Below are positions 18,746-22,709 of a stretch of DNA of 22,709 bases, in pieces. Both the position numbers and the translations under genes were made by a program. The DNA is taken from assembly GCA_963664395.2 (NCBI GenBank), contig CAXXIS010000002.1:1-22709 (forward strand), given 5' to 3'. The notes beneath the pieces were generated by a model. The model did no database searches, was not told the DNA's origin, and saw only the letters and a program-made list of their open reading frames with translations. The DNA is from Candidatus Binatia bacterium (GTDB taxonomy: Bacteria > Desulfobacterota > Binatia > Bin18). Each line of letters starts with the position of its first letter. The stretch's first letter is position 1.

Positions 18746-18790
18746 TTCCTCCCATTTTAGGTGCGCGCGCCGCGGCGAAATGGTGAATGG
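18746..18790 (+). promoter_or_regulatory. Conserved box, copy 2 (upstream of the surface-protein locus)
   Basis: Direct repeat of 17373-17417, with the same spacing between the CCTCCCATTTTAGGTG core and ATGGTG(T/A)ATGG. Confidence 0.6.
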
Positions 18791-18895
18791 TGCAAGAGTC
18801 GCCAGTGAGGGGACGGAGACGGAGAAGCGATATGCGAGCGGCCCGTGGCCCGGAGATTTGTCATTATCGGTAACGAGTGAGCGACCGGCTCGTGA

Positions 18896-19047
18896 CGGGT
18901 GACAACCGCAGGGAAGGGACCGAGGCGGAGTTTCTGCGGGAGGCGGAGGGGGAATGTGTGGTCGAGGACTTCCCCATGCCGGGCGAGACGGTGACCCTGG
19001 AATGGCAACAGAACAGCCAGAACTTTGTGATTACGGACGTGGAGTAA
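18896..19047 (+). pseudogene. Relic 3' tail of a paralogous surface-protein gene
   Basis: 18925-19047 translates to AEFLREAEGECVVEDFPMPGETVTLEWQQNSQNFVITDVE*, 23/40 identical to 22312-22431. It is preceded by an out-of-frame RVTTAG and has no credible start. Confidence 0.8.
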
Positions 19048-19064
19048 AACAGCGGAGGAACCTG

Positions 19065-22000
19065 ATGAACCTGATGAATCTGACCAACTTGTGGGACCGG
19101 GCAATCAAGCGCTCTGTCTTTGACCGTTCCGTTGATGGAGCGCCTGGGGCCATGCGCCAGGCTGTTCGCCCCTTCGGACAGCCCCGCAGCGCGCCCCCTC
19201 AACCCTGCCCTGTCCGGCGGGCCGCAGCGCTGGTCGTGCTCGGCCTCCTGGCGCTCGCCCTACCGGAGGCGGCACAAGCCCAACCTGTACGAACCCTGAT
19301 TTCCAATTTTATTGGAACAGTAGCGGCAACGGAGAATGTTCCCGTAACAGCCACTTCCATTGTAGGTCAGGGCTTTACGACCGGCCCCAATTTTACGGGC
19401 TACGGTCTCGACTCGATTCGGGTACACTTTCGGACTGTCGCCACCGCGCCGACTAACTTCACGGCATCCATCTGGACAACCCAGAACTCCCCTAGCCTCG
19501 GCACCACAGGCGACAACACAGGCACCCCGCTGGCCAAGCTATTTGACCTGATAAATCCGACCGATATCACCACCGCGGGAGACAAAATCTTCACCGCTCC
19601 GGCAAATACCACGCTTAATCGCGACACCACTTATGCCGTTGTCTTCGAAACAACAGACGGCCAGATAGCCCTGGATATAAGAGCAAGTCGGACAGAGGAG
19701 GGCGACGCTCTAGCCTGGTCGATTATCGACTTTCATTATCTTAAAGTTAGCGCCACACAATGGTCTATTGTTAGTGAGCCCACCCCGCTGCGAATCGAAG
19801 TCAAGGGAACCGGTCCGGACCGGCCGGATGATAGCCCCGCCCTTAAGGTGGAGGTGACCTCGGAACCGAGGTCGATGGCGGCGGGATCGTCCACGCCGGA
19901 CACCTACGGCCTCGGCGAGACGATCGTGATCACGGCCATCGCGGGCGTGCCGGTGACAGTGGCGGGCGATCCCGTGTTCCGATTCTTGCTGACCAACCCA
20001 GACGAGGCCGACAACATTATTCGGCAGGCAACCTACGATGCCACGCGTAGCAGGGGGAGGGCGTTTGCATTCGCCTACACGGTGCAGGCGGACGACCGGG
20101 ACACCGACGGCATCGAGGTCCGCGACCACACCCGAACCTTCTTACTGGACGAAGACGACCGCATCTTTACGACCTCGCAGAATATCGACATCGACCGCAC
20201 ATATGAGCACACAATCGCATATAAGCCCGCAGAGCCCCAGGGCGACAGGCTGCCCAACCACAAGGTGGACGGATCCCTGGCCCCGGCGGTTACCGTACCG
20301 CAGCATCCCACGCGGCCGACCCTGGCGTCGGCCACCACCACGACGCTCACCGTCGAGTGGACGCATCCGGGTGACGGCGGCTCGCCGCTCCTTCGCAACG
20401 CTGTGCGCTACCGGCTGTTGCAACGTCATCGAGTGGACGAACGTGGACGTGGGCACCACGCCGGTGACGCACGCGGTCATCACGAATCTTCAGCCGAATA
20501 CGCGGTACGAAGTACAGGTCCAGGCCATCAATGCGAGCGGAGCCAGCCTGTGGGCCTCGGGGATATCGGCATTCAAAACGCCGACGAACACCGCGCCGAC
20601 GGGGGCGCCGTCGATTACCGGCACGGCGGCGCTCGGGCAGCAACTGACGGCCTCGACCACGGGCATCTCCGACGCCGACGGACTGCCGTCGAGCTTCTCC
20701 TACCAGTGGGTGCGGGTGGACGCCGACGGCACGTCGAACCCGGTGAACATCCCCGGTGAGACCACCGCGACCTACACCCTGACCACCGCCGATGTGGGCA
20801 AGAGGATCAGGGTGCGGGTGAGCTTCACCGACAACCTCGGCAACCCGGAGATGCTGACCAGCGCGGCCTATCCGTCGAGCGGCACGGTGACGGCGCCGGC
20901 GACGGCCGCCTGCGCCGTCCCCTCCCTGAGCGGCCGCAACGTGATCTGGACCGGTGCGATGACGGTGGCCGTCAATCCCGCCAATGCTGGCGTGTTCGGG
21001 TTCGAGAGCGGGAGCTTCGGCACTCTGGACGACCAGACCTTCACCGTCGGCGCGAACGACTACACGACCCGGCTGGTTTCGTTGATGGGGAACGCGCTGA
21101 CCTTTGCCACAACCAATTCCGACCTCACGGCCGGGGAGAAGGCCGAGCTGCGGCTGCATGTCTGCGCTGCGGATCTTGACTTCAGCGCCGCAACGGGACC
21201 CACCGTCGATCACGCATACCTCTTTTCTACGACCGGCCTCTCCTGGTTATCCGGCGACACCGTCACGCTGCGTCTGAGCGTACCGGGCTTCGGCGGCGCC
21301 CCGCTCGGCGTGCCGCAGAACTTCAGCGCCACGGCCGGCGATACGCGGGTAGTGCTGAGTTGGACAGCGCCGGCGAGCGACGGCGGCACGGCCATCACCA
21401 CGTATCAGTACCGCTACTCGGCCGGCAGCACGGTCGACACGAGCGCCACCTGGACCGACGTGCCCGACGGCGCCGACACCGACACCGACGCCGGCAACGA
21501 GACGACGTTCACGGTGACCGACCTCACCAACGGCACGCAGTACGCCTTCGAGGTGCGGGCCGTGAACAGCGGCGACGGCCCCGCCGCCACAGACACGGCC
21601 ACGCCCCAATCACCGATAATCCCGCCGATAATCCCGCCGTCAGGCACCACCACGGGCAGCGGTTCAGGCGGGGGTGGCGGCAGCGCCCGCGACGAACACG
21701 GCAACACACCGGCGCAGGCAACGCCCGTCACCCTGGACCCCACCCGGACCGCCTCCGTACCGGGGCGGCTCAACACCGCCGCCGATGTGGATTACTTCAG
21801 CGCAGACGTGCCCCACGCCGGGGTGTTGGTCGTCGAGACGAGTGGTTCGACCGCCACCATGGGCACCGTGTGGCAAGCCGGGGAAGAGTTAGCCACCGCC
21901 GACAGTGGCGGGGTCGGGCAGAACTTCCGGCTCAGTGTGCGGGTTGCCCCTGGGTCAGTCGTGATTGCCGTGGCGGGCAACGGGCAGCAGACCGGGGCGT

Positions 22001-22709
22001 ACACCCTGCAAGTGACCTCCCTGCCGGGCTTCTTGGAGAATCCGGGAGCCGAGTCCTTCCAGAGTGGGATTGGCGTCATCTCGGGCTGGGTGTGTGACGC
22101 CGAGGAAGTGGAGATTACGTTGAACGGGGAGCCGCAGGAGGCGGCGTATGGCACGGAGCGATTAGATACCGCCGGTGTATGCGGCGACGCCGACAACGGC
22201 TTTGGGTTGTTGTTCAACTGGAACTTGCTGGGCGATGGCGCGCATACGGTGGTGGCCGTCGTGGATGGGGTGGAACTCGACCGGGCGACGGTGACGGTCA
22301 CGACGCTGGGGGCGGAGTTTCTGCGAGACGTGACGGGGACGTGTACCGCCGCCGATTTCCCGACCATGGACGAGACGGTCACCCTGGCGTGGCAACAGAC
22401 ACAACAGAACTTTGTGCTTGTGGACGGTCCGGCTCCTGCTGGCCCCGCCAACCGGGCAGGCACCCCCGGCGTGGGGTATCTGGAGAACCCGGGGCCCAAT
22501 TCGTTTCAGAGCGGCATCGGGGTGTTGTCGGGCTGGGTGTGTGAGGGGGCCGAGGTCATCATCGAGCTGAACGGCGAGCCGCAGCCGGCGGCGTATGGCA
22601 CGGAGCGATTGGACACCGAGGAAGCCTGTGGGGACACAGCCAACGGCTTTGGCCTCTTGTTCAACTGGAATCTGTTGGGCGAGGGGGAACATGAGGTGGT
22701 GGCGTTCGT
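19065..22709 (+). CDS. Large modular secreted/surface protein (FN3-containing adhesin-like, >1200 aa), frameshifted near 20415-20430 and truncated by the window end
   Basis: GGAGGA RBS + ATG 19065; signal peptide ending AAQA at 19280. The frame of ORF 18954-20759 is protein-like until RNAVRYR. A second frame (codons starting at 20431) is open to 22709 and continues the same FN3 domain (EWTNVDV...NLQPNTRYEVQVQAIN), then Ig-like, FN3, PPC-like and repeat modules. Confidence 0.85.
22027..22709 (+). repeat. Tandem 447-bp (149-aa) C-terminal repeat; second copy truncated
   Basis: GFLENPGAESFQSGIGVISGWVC at 22027 and GYLENPGPNSFQSGIGVLSGWVC at 22474; 59/78 aa identical without gaps over the visible overlap. 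Confidence 0.92.

Noticed and set aside
18954-19064. ORF-track start at 18954
   Set aside because: Overlaps the relic tail in a different frame; ATG 19065 has a clear GGAGGA RBS.
20420-20759. C-terminal part of ORF 18954-20759 as real protein
   Set aside because: Out-of-frame read-through after the frameshift; the FN3 domain continues in another frame.
21613-21639. 12-bp tandem duplication CCGATAATCCCG
   Set aside because: In-frame PIIPPIIPP linker duplication; ordinary slippage.
18896-22431. Diversity-generating retroelement TR/VR pair (relic tail vs repeat)
   Set aside because: Differences are not restricted to adenines, identity is too low, and no reverse transcriptase is in the window.
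20347-22692. Several long alternative-frame ORFs (20347-21213, 21360-22097, 21792-22499, 22162-22692)
   Set aside because: Arg/Gly-rich shadows of the real frame, which the ORF track omits because it has no stop in the window.
1-22709. CRISPR array, tRNA, rRNA, integrase or transposase
   Set aside because: None seen by eye: no regularly spaced repeats and no recombinase motifs.

Overview
Bacterial chromosomal window with two parts. 1-17135 is mostly housekeeping/catabolic: DUF3047 protein, a GctAB-type CoA-transferase pair, a Lys-rich ORFan, an LLM monooxygenase, an HSL-family esterase, small Zn-ribbon proteins, a conserved hypothetical, a TPR protein followed by a CbbQ/NirQ/NorQ AAA+ ATPase, family-5 UDG, pepA, korBA and sppA. 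From about 17370 to the end is a visibly more GC-rich accessory module: a PAS-LuxR-type regulator flanked by two copies of a 45-bp box (first 18 bp identical), a relic 3' tail of a surface-protein gene, and a >1200-aa modular secreted protein (choice-of-anchor-R-like, Ig-like, 2x FN3, PPC-like, tandem 149-aa LENPG-x2-SFQSGIG repeats). That gene carries a frameshift near 20415-20430 and runs off the window. The most promising undescribed system is this regulator + box + modular adhesin cassette with a conserved C-terminal repeat. Other oddities: a perfect 17-bp palindrome translated in frame inside a CDS (6602-6656), a 92-bp structured inverted-repeat element (3471-3562) next to an apparently leaderless histone-H1-like ORFan, and an unlisted 55-aa basic protein. 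Gene content resembles Deltaproteobacteria-like/Candidatus Binatia host-associated genomes, but that is recollection and was not tested. All family assignments come from motif recognition, not database searches.
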